Positions 1 to 10,846 of a stretch of DNA of 64,000 nt are shown here, piece by piece. The position numbers were made by a program, and so were the translations under genes. The notes under the pieces were generated by a model, which was given only the letters and a program-made list of their open reading frames with translations, made no database searches and was not told where the DNA came from. How positions within the stretch are numbered: the stretch's first letter is position 1; the number at the start of each line of letters is the position of its first letter. Origin of the DNA: an uncultured Phycisphaerales bacterium (lineage in GTDB: Bacteria; Planctomycetota; Phycisphaerae; Tepidisphaerales; Tepidisphaeraceae); assembly GCA_963844715.1 (NCBI GenBank), contig CAWJPJ010000007.1, forward strand, positions 704,001-768,000, given 5' to 3'.

Positions 1-640
1 ATACAGTTCCGACTGCGTATTGAGGAAATGCTCCGCCAGGGGAACGATATCGGCATCGCGTTCGCGCAGGGACGGAAGCTTGAGGACGACCACGTTAAGC
101 CGGAAGAACAAATCCTGGCGGAACGAGCCGTCGCGTACCATGGTGTCCAGCGAACGATTGGTCGCGCTGATGACGCGGATGTCGACCGGGCGCGGACGGA
201 AATCGCCGACCGGGACCACGCACTTTTCCTGAAGCACGCGAAGGAGCTTCGCCTGAAGGTGCGGGCTGAGTTCGCCGATTTCGTCGAGGAACAATGTTCC
301 GCCGTCGGCCGCGCGAATGAAACCGAGGGAATCGCGCGTCGCGCCGGTGAATGCGCCTTTCACGTGTCCGAACAATTCGCTTTCGAAAAGCGTGTCGCTG
401 AGCGAAGAGCAGTCTACTGGAATGAAAGGCTTGTTTGTGCGAAGTGAATTCTGGTGAATGTAGCGGGCCAGCATTTCCTTGCCGCTGCCGGTCTCGCCGA
501 GGATCATGACCGTCGAACGCCGCGGAGCGATGTCAACGGCCGTCTTCTTCAGGCGCAGTCATGATCGGAGAATCACCGACCAATTTCTGGTTCGCGAAGA
601 ACGCCTGGGCCTCGAATTGAACTCCCTCATCCATTTTCAT
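1..640 (-). CDS. Sigma-54-dependent enhancer-binding AAA+ activator, runs off the window start; frameshift near 558; no N-terminal regulatory domain
   Basis: Manual minus-strand translation: [16 protein letters not shown] (Walker A), [36 protein letters not shown]. Confidence 0.88.
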
Positions 641-816
641 TGCAACGATCCGATGCGGAATTGCTGGCTGTTACGTACCACACCGATTTGGACTTCAAGG
701 GATAAGATACTTCCACTATGACCATTGTCAACCAGATTCGCATCGGAATTTTTATTAGTCACCCAGGATAAACGTTACAGTCTACCCAAATTAACAGCCG
801 GCCAATTTAGCGGTTT

Positions 817-2248
817 TTATACTTTTAGCTCAATTTTCCGTCCAAGTTGGCCTGCATATCGCTCGCGAATCGGCTGGACGACCTCTAAAACGAACTGATC
901 TACCTGTTCAGGTGCACGACCTATAAATCCTTTAGATTCGAGCAGCTTATTAAGGTTAATCTTGGCAAACTCCGGCTCCCCGGAAAGGCGCTCGAGGAGG
1001 TCATTTTTGCATCCCTCCTGTTTCACTTTCTGACCGGCTGCCTGGGAGTGGCGCCTTATAGTTTCGTGCACTTTCTGGCGATCCCCCCCCGCGCGAACCG
1101 CCGCCATTAAAATTTCTTCGGTTGCCATGAAAGGCAGTTCCGCCGCCACCGCTGCCTCGATGGTCTTGGGATAAACGACCAGTCCCCCGGCGATATTCTT
1201 TACCAGGTGCAGGCACCCGTCCACCGCCAAAAAGATCTCAGGGATGCTCAATCGCTTGTTCGACGAGTCATCCAGCGTGCGCTCGAACCACTGTTCGGCG
1301 GCCGTTTGCAGGGGAGACGAAACCAGGCTGATCGCAAACCGCGCCAGCCCCGTCGCGCGCTCGCAGCGCATTGGGTTCCGCTTATACGCCATCGCCGAAG
1401 AGCCCACCTGGTTTTCTTCGAACGGCTCCTCGATCTGTTTCATTCCGGCCAGCAGTCGAATGTCGTTGGCGAATTTGTGCACGCTCGCCGCCACGCCCGC
1501 CACGCTCGAGGCGATTTGCGCATCCACTTTTCGCGGATAAGTCTGGCCGGTGATGAGGAACGACTTGGCGAAACCGAACTTCCACGTCAGCATCTCGTCG
1601 AGTTTTTCTACCTTGGCGTGATCACCGTCAAAAAGCGACAGGAAGGACGCCTGCGTTCCGGTTGTTCCCTTTACGCCGCGGAATTTCAGGGTCTTGACGC
1701 GATATTCGAGTTCCTCGAGATCAATTGCCAAATCCTGGGCCCAGAGGGCGGCGCGTTTTCCTACGGTCGTCAATTGCGCGGGCTGATAATGCGTGTACCC
1801 GAGCGTGGGCAGATCCTTCCACTGGACGGCAATTCGCGCCAGCAAGTCGATGGTGTCGGCCAGTTGAACCGCCAGCATCTTCATCGCGTCGCGCATGATG
1901 ATCAGGTCGGCGTTGTCCACCACGAATTGGCTGGTCGCGCCGAGGTGGATAATTTCCGCCGCCGCGGGCGCTGCCGTGCCATAGGTGTGAACGTGCGCCA
2001 TGACATCGTGGCGAAGCTTGCGTTCCCATTCGGCGGCCGCGTCAAAGTCGATGTCATCCAGAGCGCAGTTCCATCTGCTCGAGCGCTTCGGGGGTGATGC
2101 GCGTAAGCCCCAACTCCCGCTGGCAGCGGGCCAGCTCAAGCCAGAGGCGGCGCCACAGCCCAAATTTGTGTCGTGCCGAAAAGAGCCGCAGCATCTCCGG
2201 GCTGGCGTTTCGAGAGGCCAGGGGCGATTCATAGGTTTCGTGGGACAT
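817..2248 (-). CDS. purB: Adenylosuccinate lyase (frameshift near 2060)
   Basis: N-terminus [16 protein letters not shown] in ORF 2054-2254; [21 protein letters not shown] and signature [15 protein letters not shown] in ORF 817-2232. Confidence 0.95.
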
Positions 2249-2290
2249 AGACACTGGGATTGTACGGTTTATGGGCGGAGATTGCGATTT

Positions 2291-3376
2291 TCAGCGGGTC
2301 AGCAGGTGCAGCCGGAATATTTCCCCCGCGGCGGCGTCGTAACCGATCCACGCCGAGCCATCCGCGCTGGATATCATCGCGCTGATCTGCATTTGCCCTT
2401 GCGGAAATTGGGCCGGGCTCAACAGCGCGGATCGTCCGAATGGGAGTATCTTTTTGTCCCCGAACAACAGCAGCGCCGGATACTCGGCGAACGGAATCTC
2501 CTCCGGCACCTGCGAATCTTCCCGCGGCACGAACATGTCGCTTCCCGCGAAAAAGGCTCCGATCCGCCCCTGTTCGTCCATTGCCGGCGCCGACACATTG
2601 CTCGGCAGGCCCGTAAAATTATGCATGGGCTTCATAAACCCCACTGGGGACATATACCAAAGTATGCCGGACCAATAATCCAATATCAGCAAACCCCCGC
2701 CCGGGCCGGGCGCCAGCGCGTACGATTCACGTGTCAGCGACGGCGGGGCCAAATCCGAGACCGGCTTGTCGAACGGCTTGCGAAGCAGCGCCGACGGGTC
2801 CGAACTCTTTGGATCGATTTGAATAAAATATGATCCATCCTCGGAGTGGAGCCAGAGCCAGATTTGTCCGTCCGAAATTGCAAGTTGCCCGCGATAAATA
2901 CTGATCGCGTCGCCCATTCCGCAGAAATCTCCCAGACGCTGCTGATCGGCGAGGATTTCAATTTTCCCGGACGGCCCCATTCTGCCGAGGCAGGAGACAA
3001 AGGCTCGATGGGCGCTGCCGGCATAATAAAAGTAGATTGTGCTTCCATCGGCGGCCAGGTCCTGGATGTTGCCTCTTGCCCCCGGTTTTCCCATCGCCTT
3101 ACCGATCGCGGCACTGGTGAGCAAAGTCGGACGGGACGTTTCCATCGCGTCGATTTGATAGACGGTATCCAGGCCGTTGCTGGTCTCCTGGGTGAAAGCG
3201 GTCAGCGCATCGGACGCGGCCAGATGCGTCGGCAGTCCCGGCAGCGCGGCGGTGATGGGATCGATCTGGCAATAGTTGGGGTCTGCCGCCGCCGCTGCCG
3301 GTGCGGGGGGCGGCGCGGGCCGCGAACAGCCGCCCGATACCGTCAAGATCAATAGTGCGACCCAGGCAATGCGCAT
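2291..3376 (-). CDS. Hypothetical lipoprotein, possibly beta-propeller-like
   Basis: 361 aa ORF, signal peptide with lipobox-like SGGC, Pro/Ala linker, beta-rich repeats. Confidence 0.7.
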   Translation of the reverse strand: MRIAWVALLILTVSGGCSRPAPPPAPAAAAADPNYCQIDPITAALPGLPTHLAASDALTAFTQETSNGLDTVYQIDAMETSRPTLLTSAAIGKAMGKPGARGNIQDLAADGSTIYFYYAGSAHRAFVSCLGRMGPSGKIEILADQQRLGDFCGMGDAISIYRGQLAISDGQIWLWLHSEDGSYFIQIDPKSSDPSALLRKPFDKPVSDLAPPSLTRESYALAPGPGGGLLILDYWSGILWYMSPVGFMKPMHNFTGLPSNVSAPAMDEQGRIGAFFAGSDMFVPREDSQVPEEIPFAEYPALLLFGDKKILPFGRSALLSPAQFPQGQMQISAMISSADGSAWIGYDAAAGEIFRLHLLTR

Positions 3377-3436
3377 GAATCGGACGCCAGCGGCGAGACT
3401 GGCGGATCCGATTTATAGTGTATCAATGCGCGGCGG

Positions 3437-3869
3437 TTATGCCGCCTCGGGCTTGAATTCGGTAATGTCCGGCTCGGGGACATTGGGCAGGTTCACCGTG
3501 CGGGCGGCCACCTTTCGGTAGCCCAATTGCTCGATCACTTCCAACACTTCCGTCCAGGAGGGATAGAGACGTTTATTGACTTTCTTGTAGGTTTCGATCG
3601 CCATCACGAATTCAAATTGGCGGCGCGGTCATTTCCCCCTCTTCGGCCGCGCGACGGTCGTCGGAGAGGCGCCGGCCGGGACCGCGACGGCGTTCCAGGC
3701 CCGTGTCGTTGCGCCGTTCCGCAACGCGCCGTTCCGGACCCGTGTACCCCGATTCGGCGCGGGTCTTAACCCGGCGATCCACCCCGCACCGGCGGTCCAC
3801 CACTGTTTTGCGGCGGTCTTCCCCGCTTTTGCGCGCTTCCTTAACCGGGCTGTCCGACGGCGTCGACAT
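3437..3869 (-). CDS. Small Arg-rich repeat protein (D/E-RR repeats, YTGPERR) with a helical C-terminal domain; frameshift near 3620
   Basis: ORF 3612-3884 continues after one indel as QFEFVMAIETYKKVNKRLYPSWTEVLEVIEQLGYRK...KPEAA*; GGAGG RBS upstream. Confidence 0.75.
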
Positions 3870-3957
3870 GCGAAACCTCCGCATCCTGCATCGAATAGCA
3901 CGGGTCGTGACTTTAGGTCCTATTATTCCTCGGGACCCGGCCTGAAGGTCCGATTCT

Positions 3958-3989
3958 TGAATTTCGCCTCGATATCGAGCCGAAATTCA
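3958..3989. promoter_or_regulatory. 32-bp near-perfect palindrome between divergent genes
   Basis: TGAATTTCGCCTCGATATCGAGCCGAAATTCA, one mismatched pair. Confidence 0.5.
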
Positions 3990-4037
3990 TCCATGGATGG
4001 GTTTCTGTTATAAACTTCGCGTAGTTCCAGTACTTCC

Positions 4038-4811
4038 ATGAAGAAAATCGGCATTCTTGTCGTCGCCTATAACGCCCAGAGCACCCTCCGCAGCGTGCTC
4101 CAGCGGATTCCCGCCCGAGGTGAGCGGCAAGATCGACGAAATCTTCGTCTTCGACGACGCCAGCCAGGACCAGACCCACCTGGTCGGCATGCAGTGCAGT
4201 TCAGGAACTTCACGAGGGGAAACTCAACATCTACCGCAATCCCGTGAACCTGATGTACGGCGGCAACCAGAGGCGGGGATATCAATACGCGATGGAAAAA
4301 GGCCTGGACTATCGTCGTCCTTTTGCACGGCGACGGGCAATATGCCCCGGAAGTCATGCAGGAATTGCTCACGCCGCTGGAGCAGGGCCAGGCCGACATG
4401 GTGATGGGCTCCCGCATGCTCGTCAAAGGCGCGGCGCGCAAGGGGAACATGCCCCTTTACAAATTCTGGGGAAACCGCATCCTGACCACCATGGAAAATC
4501 TGCTCATCGGCACGCATCTGAGCGAGTTCCATTCCGGATATCGCGCGTATTCCGTGGCGGCCTTGCGCACCATCCCGCTTGATAAAATGACCAGCAACTG
4601 GCATTTCGACACGCAGATCATTCTGGAATTCCTGAAGCGCGGCTATCGCGTCAAGGAAGTTCCGATCCCCACTTATTACGGCGACGAGATCTGCCACGTG
4701 AACGGCATTCTCTACGCGTGGAACTGCGTGCGCGAGGCTCTAGGATACGCTCTTCGCCACCGCTGGAGGCCGCATGCCGCATTACCGGCTGCACCGCGAC
4801 CCCTGGAGTAG
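4038..4811 (+). CDS. Glycosyltransferase family 2 (DPM1/GtrB-like), several frameshifts
   Basis: ILVVAYNA, IFVFDDASQD, NLMYGGNQ, HGDGQY, MVMGSR and EFHSGYRAY spread over frames. Confidence 0.88.
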
Positions 4812-5466
4812 TCATCAGCAAATCGCAAAGCGGCTGCGCAAAATCGCGCGGAATCCCGTACTGGACGTGGGCGCCGCCCAGGGCATGCTCGGCGAATTGC
4901 TGACCGGGAGCGGCGTCGTCATGGACGCCGTCGAACTCAATCCCGAATGGGCCGCCGCCTGCAAACCGCACTATCGCCACGTCATCACCGGCGACATCGA
5001 AACCGTTGACGTCACGGCCGAGCAGTATCGAGTCGTCGTTTGCGCCGACGTCCTGGAACACACAACCGACCCCCTGGCCGTTTTGGGAAAGTTGCGAAGA
5101 GTCGCCTCCCCCGACGCGGTCTATCTGATTTCCCTGCCGAATGTATCGCACCTGGCGGTTCGATTGATGCTTCTGGCCGGGAATTTTCCGCGCATGGAGC
5201 GCGGCGTGCTCGATAAAACGCATCTCCACTTTTACACGCGCGAAACGGCGCGGCGAATGCTCGAACATGCCGGCCTGCGGATTGTGCAGATCAGCACCAC
5301 GGGCGTCCCGCTGGAGGAGATTTGGCCCGGCGGCGGGGGAGGGATGCTGTACAACGCCGCGATGAAGACTCAATATGCCGCGGTGAGAATTTTCCCGCGA
5401 ATGCTGGCGATGCAGTTTATTTTTGAGGCGGTCTCGAACGATTCCCCCCGGGCATCTTCGAAATGA
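4774..5466 (+). CDS. Class I SAM-dependent methyltransferase
   Basis: VLDVGAAQG, ADVLEH, ISLPNV, GVLDKTHLHFYT. Confidence 0.88.
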   Translation: MPHYRLHRDPWSSHQQIAKRLRKIARNPVLDVGAAQGMLGELLTGSGVVMDAVELNPEWAAACKPHYRHVITGDIETVDVTAEQYRVVVCADVLEHTTDPLAVLGKLRRVASPDAVYLISLPNVSHLAVRLMLLAGNFPRMERGVLDKTHLHFYTRETARRMLEHAGLRIVQISTTGVPLEEIWPGGGGGMLYNAAMKTQYAAVRIFPRMLAMQFIFEAVSNDSPRASSK

Positions 5467-6882
5467 GCAATTCACCGGTCTTCGATTCGCCGCGGCGGGA
5501 TTACCAGGCCAGCGCCCTGATGTGGACGCTGTTTGCGTTTTGCATGGGCTGCGCCATCAACGCGGCGGACGGAAGCTACAGCCGGAGCGCGCTGATCTGG
5601 CTCACGATCGCGGCGGCCGTCTCTCTGGCGGCGATCTGCCTTCGTCCGGGCCCGGACATGGAGGCCTCCTCTGGAAAAGTTCTCTGGCTCGTTTTGTTCA
5701 TCGGGATCGCCTTCCAGGTCGGACAGCTGCTTTTCCACGAACGGCCGGGCGACTCGACCATTCTGACCGGCCTCCTCTTCATCGGCGCCCTCGGCGGCTT
5801 TCAGGCGATCCTCCCCTCGCGCCTGCGCTATCCGATTCTAGTGATCATGCTCGTCGCCTTTTGCCTGATCGCGGTCGCGCAATTTCGCTCGCGCTACCCA
5901 TGGCCGGGCATCGACGTCTTCTATTTTCAGCAGCAGAGTTCCGAGGTGCTCGTTCACGGGCACAATCTCGAACGTCTCCCGGCGATCGTCCACGGCCGAA
6001 ACCCCTACGCCATCCGGTTTCACAATGTCTACGATCCCCAGACGCCGTACTACGGACCGGGCGTCGTCGACAAAAATGATTTTCTTACCTACGGTTTTCC
6101 TTATCCCCCGCTGACTTTGCTGATGGATATCCCGGGGTATCTGCTGGGAGGCGAAATTCGCTTTTCGCTGGTTGGATCGATGGCCCTGGCCGCCCTGCTG
6201 ATGGCGACGGCGCGGCCGGGCAGGATTGCCGTACTGGCGGCCACGCTCTTCCTGCTGACGCCCCGCTCGCTTTATGTCGTGGACCTGGCGTGGACTGAAC
6301 CGATGCTGGCGCTGACCTTTTCGCTGGCGATGTTTTGCGCCTGCCGGTGCCGGAAAATGCTTCCCTATGCGCTGGGAGTTTATTTTGCGACCAAGCAGTA
6401 CACGGTTCTTTCGCTTCCCGCGCTGCTTCTGCTCGTGGATGGGCCGGATCGATGGGCGCAGCTTCGCGGCTTGGTTTTGCGCGCGGGGCGGTCGTGGCCG
6501 TGATTACCGTGCCATTTTTTCTGTGGAACCCGCGGGAATTTTTCCGCGCCGTCGCTTATTGGCAGCTGATTCAGCCGTTCCGGGTCGACGCCCTGAGTTA
6601 TCTGACTTTCATCTACAACCGCAACGGACACCACGTTCCGCCGCTGCTGACCCCTTTCCTGGCGATCATTCCCGCTGCCGGATTAGCTGTCTGGCGGGCG
6701 GCGCGGACCCCGCCGGGTTTGCCGCCGCGGTCACGCTGATCAATCTCGCCTTTTTCGCCTTCAACAAGCAGGCTTTCTGCAACTACTACTACTTCGTGAT
6801 GACGACCAGTTGCTGGGTTGTCGCCGCCACTCCGGCCCGGGAATCTTCGCCCAAACCCCTTCCGGTTCAGGTTTTGGCGTGA
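5463..6882 (+). CDS. Multi-pass membrane protein, probable GT-C fold glycosyltransferase (GT87-like); frameshifts near 6490 and 6710
   Basis: Many TM segments; IDVFYFQQ, GRNPY, FPYPPLTL, ATKQY, PFFLWNP, AFNKQAFCNYY. Confidence 0.7.
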
Positions 6883-6895
6883 ATTTGTCCGATAA
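6867..6895 (+). promoter_or_regulatory. Sigma-28-like promoter TCAGG-N16-TCCGATAA; -10 lies in hairpin GTCCGATAA-ACCG-TTATCGGAC
   Basis: Same motif and spacing as at 30938-30966 and 62357-62385. Confidence 0.5.
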
Positions 6896-6910
6896 ACCGT
6901 TATCGGACCC

Positions 6911-9548
6911 ATGTGCGCCCGCATTGCGTTCATTCTCGCATCCATATTCTGCGTGACGGCGCTGGCCGGGCCCGCGGATATCAGCCGCATTCTCAAATCC
7001 ATCACCTTTGAAGAGCGCCGGCTGGGAAACCGGGAAGACCTTCCGATGCATTGGAACAAGCTCGAGGGGCCGGGTCTGCCTCATTACGTCAACGGCATCC
7101 TGGCCGATGACCGGGCCCATACCGGGAACTACAGCTTCCGTTTCGATCTCAACGGCGGCTCGCTTATCTACCAATACGATCCGAGCGAAATCCCGGTGCA
7201 GGCGGGCGCCCACTATCGCGTCGAATGCTATGTGCAAACCACCGTCCTTCCGCATGCGCAGGCGCGCATGACGGCGTTCTTCACCGATATGGACGGCAAT
7301 CCCATCCCGGACACGACCGTCCGATCCGATCTCTATGCCGCGACGCGCGACGATGACGATTGGCACAAACTCACCATCGAATTGACCGCGGGCAGCAGGA
7401 GTGCGCCTTCCTGGCGGTCCGGCTCGAATTGCTCCAGCCGAGTCTCTACGCCCCCAATACCCTGGGCGACCGCATGCTCTTCCCGCAGGACATTCGCGGC
7501 TCGGCCTGGTTTGACGACGTCACGATCTCCCAGGTTCCGCAGCTCACGCTCACTACCGGACATGCCGGAAATATTTTCAAATTAAGCGATCCGCTTCAGC
7601 TTTCGGTGCTTGTGAACGATCGCTTCACCGACGACCTGGCGGCCCAGTTGCTCGTCAAGGACGCCAACGGCGCGACCGTCTATCAGCGCAGCGGGACCCT
7701 GGACATGAGCGGCGCGCAGGATCTCGGCCCGGGCGCAAGCAAATGTCGATCACGTTGCCCAATCTTCCGCCCGGCTGGTACGACGCGGCCCTGGTTATGA
7801 CCAGCCACGACCAATTTGTGGGACAGCAGGACCTGAACCTCGTTCGCCTGCCCGACGATCAAATCGCGACCGAGCCCGACCCGCGTTTTGGCGTCATCGC
7901 CACCGATCTTCCTTACGACGGGTGGGCGGAGCTGCCTCAAATCCTTCCCGTCATGGCGGTGGGGCGGGTAAAGCTGTCCGTGTGGAACAAGGACGGGGAC
8001 ATCCAGCACATCGACGCGGCCGCGTTCGATACGCTGCTTCAGCAATTGGAGGATTTGGGAATCACGCCGACGGCGTGCCTTACCGCCATTCCGCCCTCCG
8101 TGGCCGAGAAAATCGGAGGCAGCGACTGGACGCAGCTTCTGAAGGTTCCTCCGGAAACCTGGCGGCCGGACCTGGCGTATCTTATCTCGCGCCACGCCAA
8201 CCATCTCGACCGCTGGCAGATCGGCGACGACGCCGATGCCGCGCTCTTCGTCCAAAACCCCCGGATGCGTGATGTGTACGATCTGCTCTACAAGGAATTT
8301 GCCGCCCTCATGGACCAGCCCGATCTGGCGATGCCCTGGCCCGCCTGGTACGACCTCACCGGGCATCTTCCGGCCACCGTCGCGCTTTCGGTTCCATGCG
8401 AAGTCCTCCCTTCGCAACTTCCGCTCTATATGCAGGAATTTCGGGGTCAGGAGGGGCATCAGCTGTCGCTAAGCCTGCAACTTCTGGACGAACGATACGG
8501 GCGCGACGAACAGATTCGCGATCTGGCCCAGCGCGTCATTTACGCCATCGCCGGCGGCGCCAACCGGATCGATTTCCCGCTGCCTTTCACCTTCCGCCGC
8601 GATGGGAAACAGGTGTCCGACCAACCGCAGGAAATGGTCCTGATCATCCGGACTCTGGTTTCGCAATTGTCGGGCGCGATTTTCCGCGGCAAAGTCCCCA
8701 TCGCGCCAAATGTCCAAGCCTTCCTCTTCGATCGAAATGGCCAGGGCATCATGGTCCTTTGGAACCGCGGCGATTCGACGACTTCCAAGGAACTGGCCCT
8801 CAACCTCGGCGACCATCCCATGCGCGTTGATCTGTGGGGCAACGTCACGCCTCTCCTCCAGGCGGAGGGAGCCAAGGCTGACACGGTGAGCCTCGACCTA
8901 GGTCCGATGCCGATTTTCCTGGTTGATATCGACGGGGCCACCGCCCAGCTTCGCGCCAGCGTCGGCTTCGACGAGCCGCTTCTCGAATCCAGCTTCCAGG
9001 CCCACACGCGCAAAATTCATTTCGTGAATCCCGGGACGACCACCATCGGCGGCGAACTGAAACTCACCGGCCCCGCCGGCTGGACCATCACGCCCTCGGT
9101 GTTCAACTTCTCGCTCGACCCAGGCGAAGAATTCGACCGCGAAGTCAGCATCGAATTCCCCTACAACAGTTTCGCCGGCTCCAAAACCGTGACCGCCGAG
9201 TTCCAAATCCAGGCGGAGCGGAACACAACCTTCTCCGTCCCCATCACGCTTAGCTTGGGCCTAAGCGACGTCGGCATGCAAACCCTCGCGCTCCGGGACA
9301 AATCCGATCTGGTCGTCCAGCAGATGATCACCAACTACGGGAACAAGCCGATCGACTACACGGCCTTCGCCGTCTACCCCGGCCAGGCCCGCCAGGAACG
9401 ACTTGTCATCAAACTCGGCCCGGGGCGAACGACGATCAAGCTCTACCGGTTCACGAACGTGCACTTCATCCAAAACGCGAAGGTGAGGAGCGGCCTTCGC
9501 GAAGTCGAAGGCACGCGGATATTGAATGATGAGGTACCGGTGCAGTGA
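6911..9548 (+). CDS. Large secreted protein: carbohydrate-binding-like N-terminal domain, glycoside-hydrolase-like barrel and Ig-like C-terminus; two frameshifts
   Basis: Signal peptide; ORFs 6911-7585, 7360-7800 and 7743-9548 join; GSAWFDDVTI, RFGV, DRWQIGDD, DLWGN, LGPMPIFL. Confidence 0.65.
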
Positions 9549-9554
9549 CGGTTG

Positions 9555-9662
9555 AATGACGAATGATAAATGACGAATGACGAATCAATGCCCGAATGAC
9601 CCAATGAGACCACTCGGTCATTCGGACATTGATTCGTCATTCGTCATTTATCATTCGTCATT
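9555..9662. repeat. Inverted repeat built from AATGACG-type heptamers (47-bp stem), between convergent genes; possible terminator
   Basis: Left arm AATGACGAATGATAAATGACG...GAATGACC is the reverse complement of the right arm 9616-9662 with one mismatch. Confidence 0.9.
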
Positions 9663-10745
9663 TCATAGGACTTCCGTCGCCCGGGGGTAACTCCCCAGCA
9701 CCGTCAGTTGCAAACAGTGCTTTCTTGCCTCCTCGATGGCCTTTTTCATCTGGGCGTCTTCGGCGTGACCGGCGGCGTCGATGAAGAAATAGTATTCCCA
9801 GTTTACCTTTTTGCTGGGGCGTTTCTCGATATCCGTCAGGTTGATCCCGTTTTCCTTGAAGACATCCAGAACTTCCGCCAGGGCGCCGGGCTTGTGCGCT
9901 GTCGTGAACATGACCGCCGTTTTATCCGCGCCGCTTCGCCGGGCTCCCTCGCGGCCGATGACGAAGAATCGGGTCACGTTGTCGGGATTGTCCTCGATGT
10001 TCTCGAACAGGGTGTGCAGTTCGTATAGTTCGCCTGCCATCGCGCTTCCGATCGCCGCGGCGCCCGGCTGCTGGCCGGCGAGTTCCGCGGCGCGGCTTGT
10101 GCTCGCCGCCGGCTGGACGTCGCGGTCCTTCGCCGTGGTCGCCAGCCAATTCCGGCACTGGCTGAAAACCTCCGGTTTGCTGTAAATCGTCTTCACCTGC
10201 TCCCAGGGCGATTTCGACATCAAATTGTGATGCACGCTGGTCAGCACCTCGGCACAAATCTTCGCCGAGCTATGCAGGAACGCGTCCAGGGTATCGATCA
10301 CGCCGCCGTGCAGGCTGTTCTCGACGGGGACCAGCCCGTAGTCGATATGCCCACGCACGACTTCCTCGAAGACGCCGGAAATGTCCGACAGGGCGACGCA
10401 CTCGACGCTGCTTCCGAACTTCGCCACGGCCGCGGCGTGGCTGAACGACCCCTCCGGGCCCAAAAATCCGATCCGCAGCGGCTTCTCGAGCGCGAAACTC
10501 CCGCTCATCAGTTCCCGATAGACCGCCTCCAGGCACCGGTTCGGCAGGGGCCCCAAATTCAGCTTGCGGACCTTATCCAGAACCGCTTTTTCGCGATCCG
10601 GCGCATAAATCGGATCGCCGGTCGATTTCTTGATCTTCCCCACCTCGACGACCACTCGCGCACGGGCGTTGAGCAACTCGACGATCTGAGCGTCGAGCTG
10701 ATCGATCTGTTCCCGCAGTTTTTCCAGGGGATCCTGCTGCGCCAT
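9663..10745 (-). CDS. pheA: Chorismate mutase/prephenate dehydratase (P-protein)
   Basis: LREQIDQLDAQIVELLNAR, FLGPEGSFS, VPVENSLHG, NVTRFFVI, ACT domain, LGSYP. Confidence 0.96.
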   Translation of the reverse strand: MAQQDPLEKLREQIDQLDAQIVELLNARARVVVEVGKIKKSTGDPIYAPDREKAVLDKVRKLNLGPLPNRCLEAVYRELMSGSFALEKPLRIGFLGPEGSFSHAAAVAKFGSSVECVALSDISGVFEEVVRGHIDYGLVPVENSLHGGVIDTLDAFLHSSAKICAEVLTSVHHNLMSKSPWEQVKTIYSKPEVFSQCRNWLATTAKDRDVQPAASTSRAAELAGQQPGAAAIGSAMAGELYELHTLFENIEDNPDNVTRFFVIGREGARRSGADKTAVMFTTAHKPGALAEVLDVFKENGINLTDIEKRPSKKVNWEYYFFIDAAGHAEDAQMKKAIEEARKHCLQLTVLGSYPRATEVL

Positions 10746-10846
10746 GGCGATGTTTGTAGCCGCCGGGCCGCCGAGCGTCAAAATAAGCGAAATTTTGGCG
10801 ATTTCCCGCAAGTGGCGGGTATCATTTTGCCCAGAAAGGATCATCC

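Noticed and set aside
9555..9662. Heptamer arrays as a CRISPR array
   Set aside because: No 25-40 bp repeats with unique spacers and no cas genes; these are short tandem or inverted repeats.
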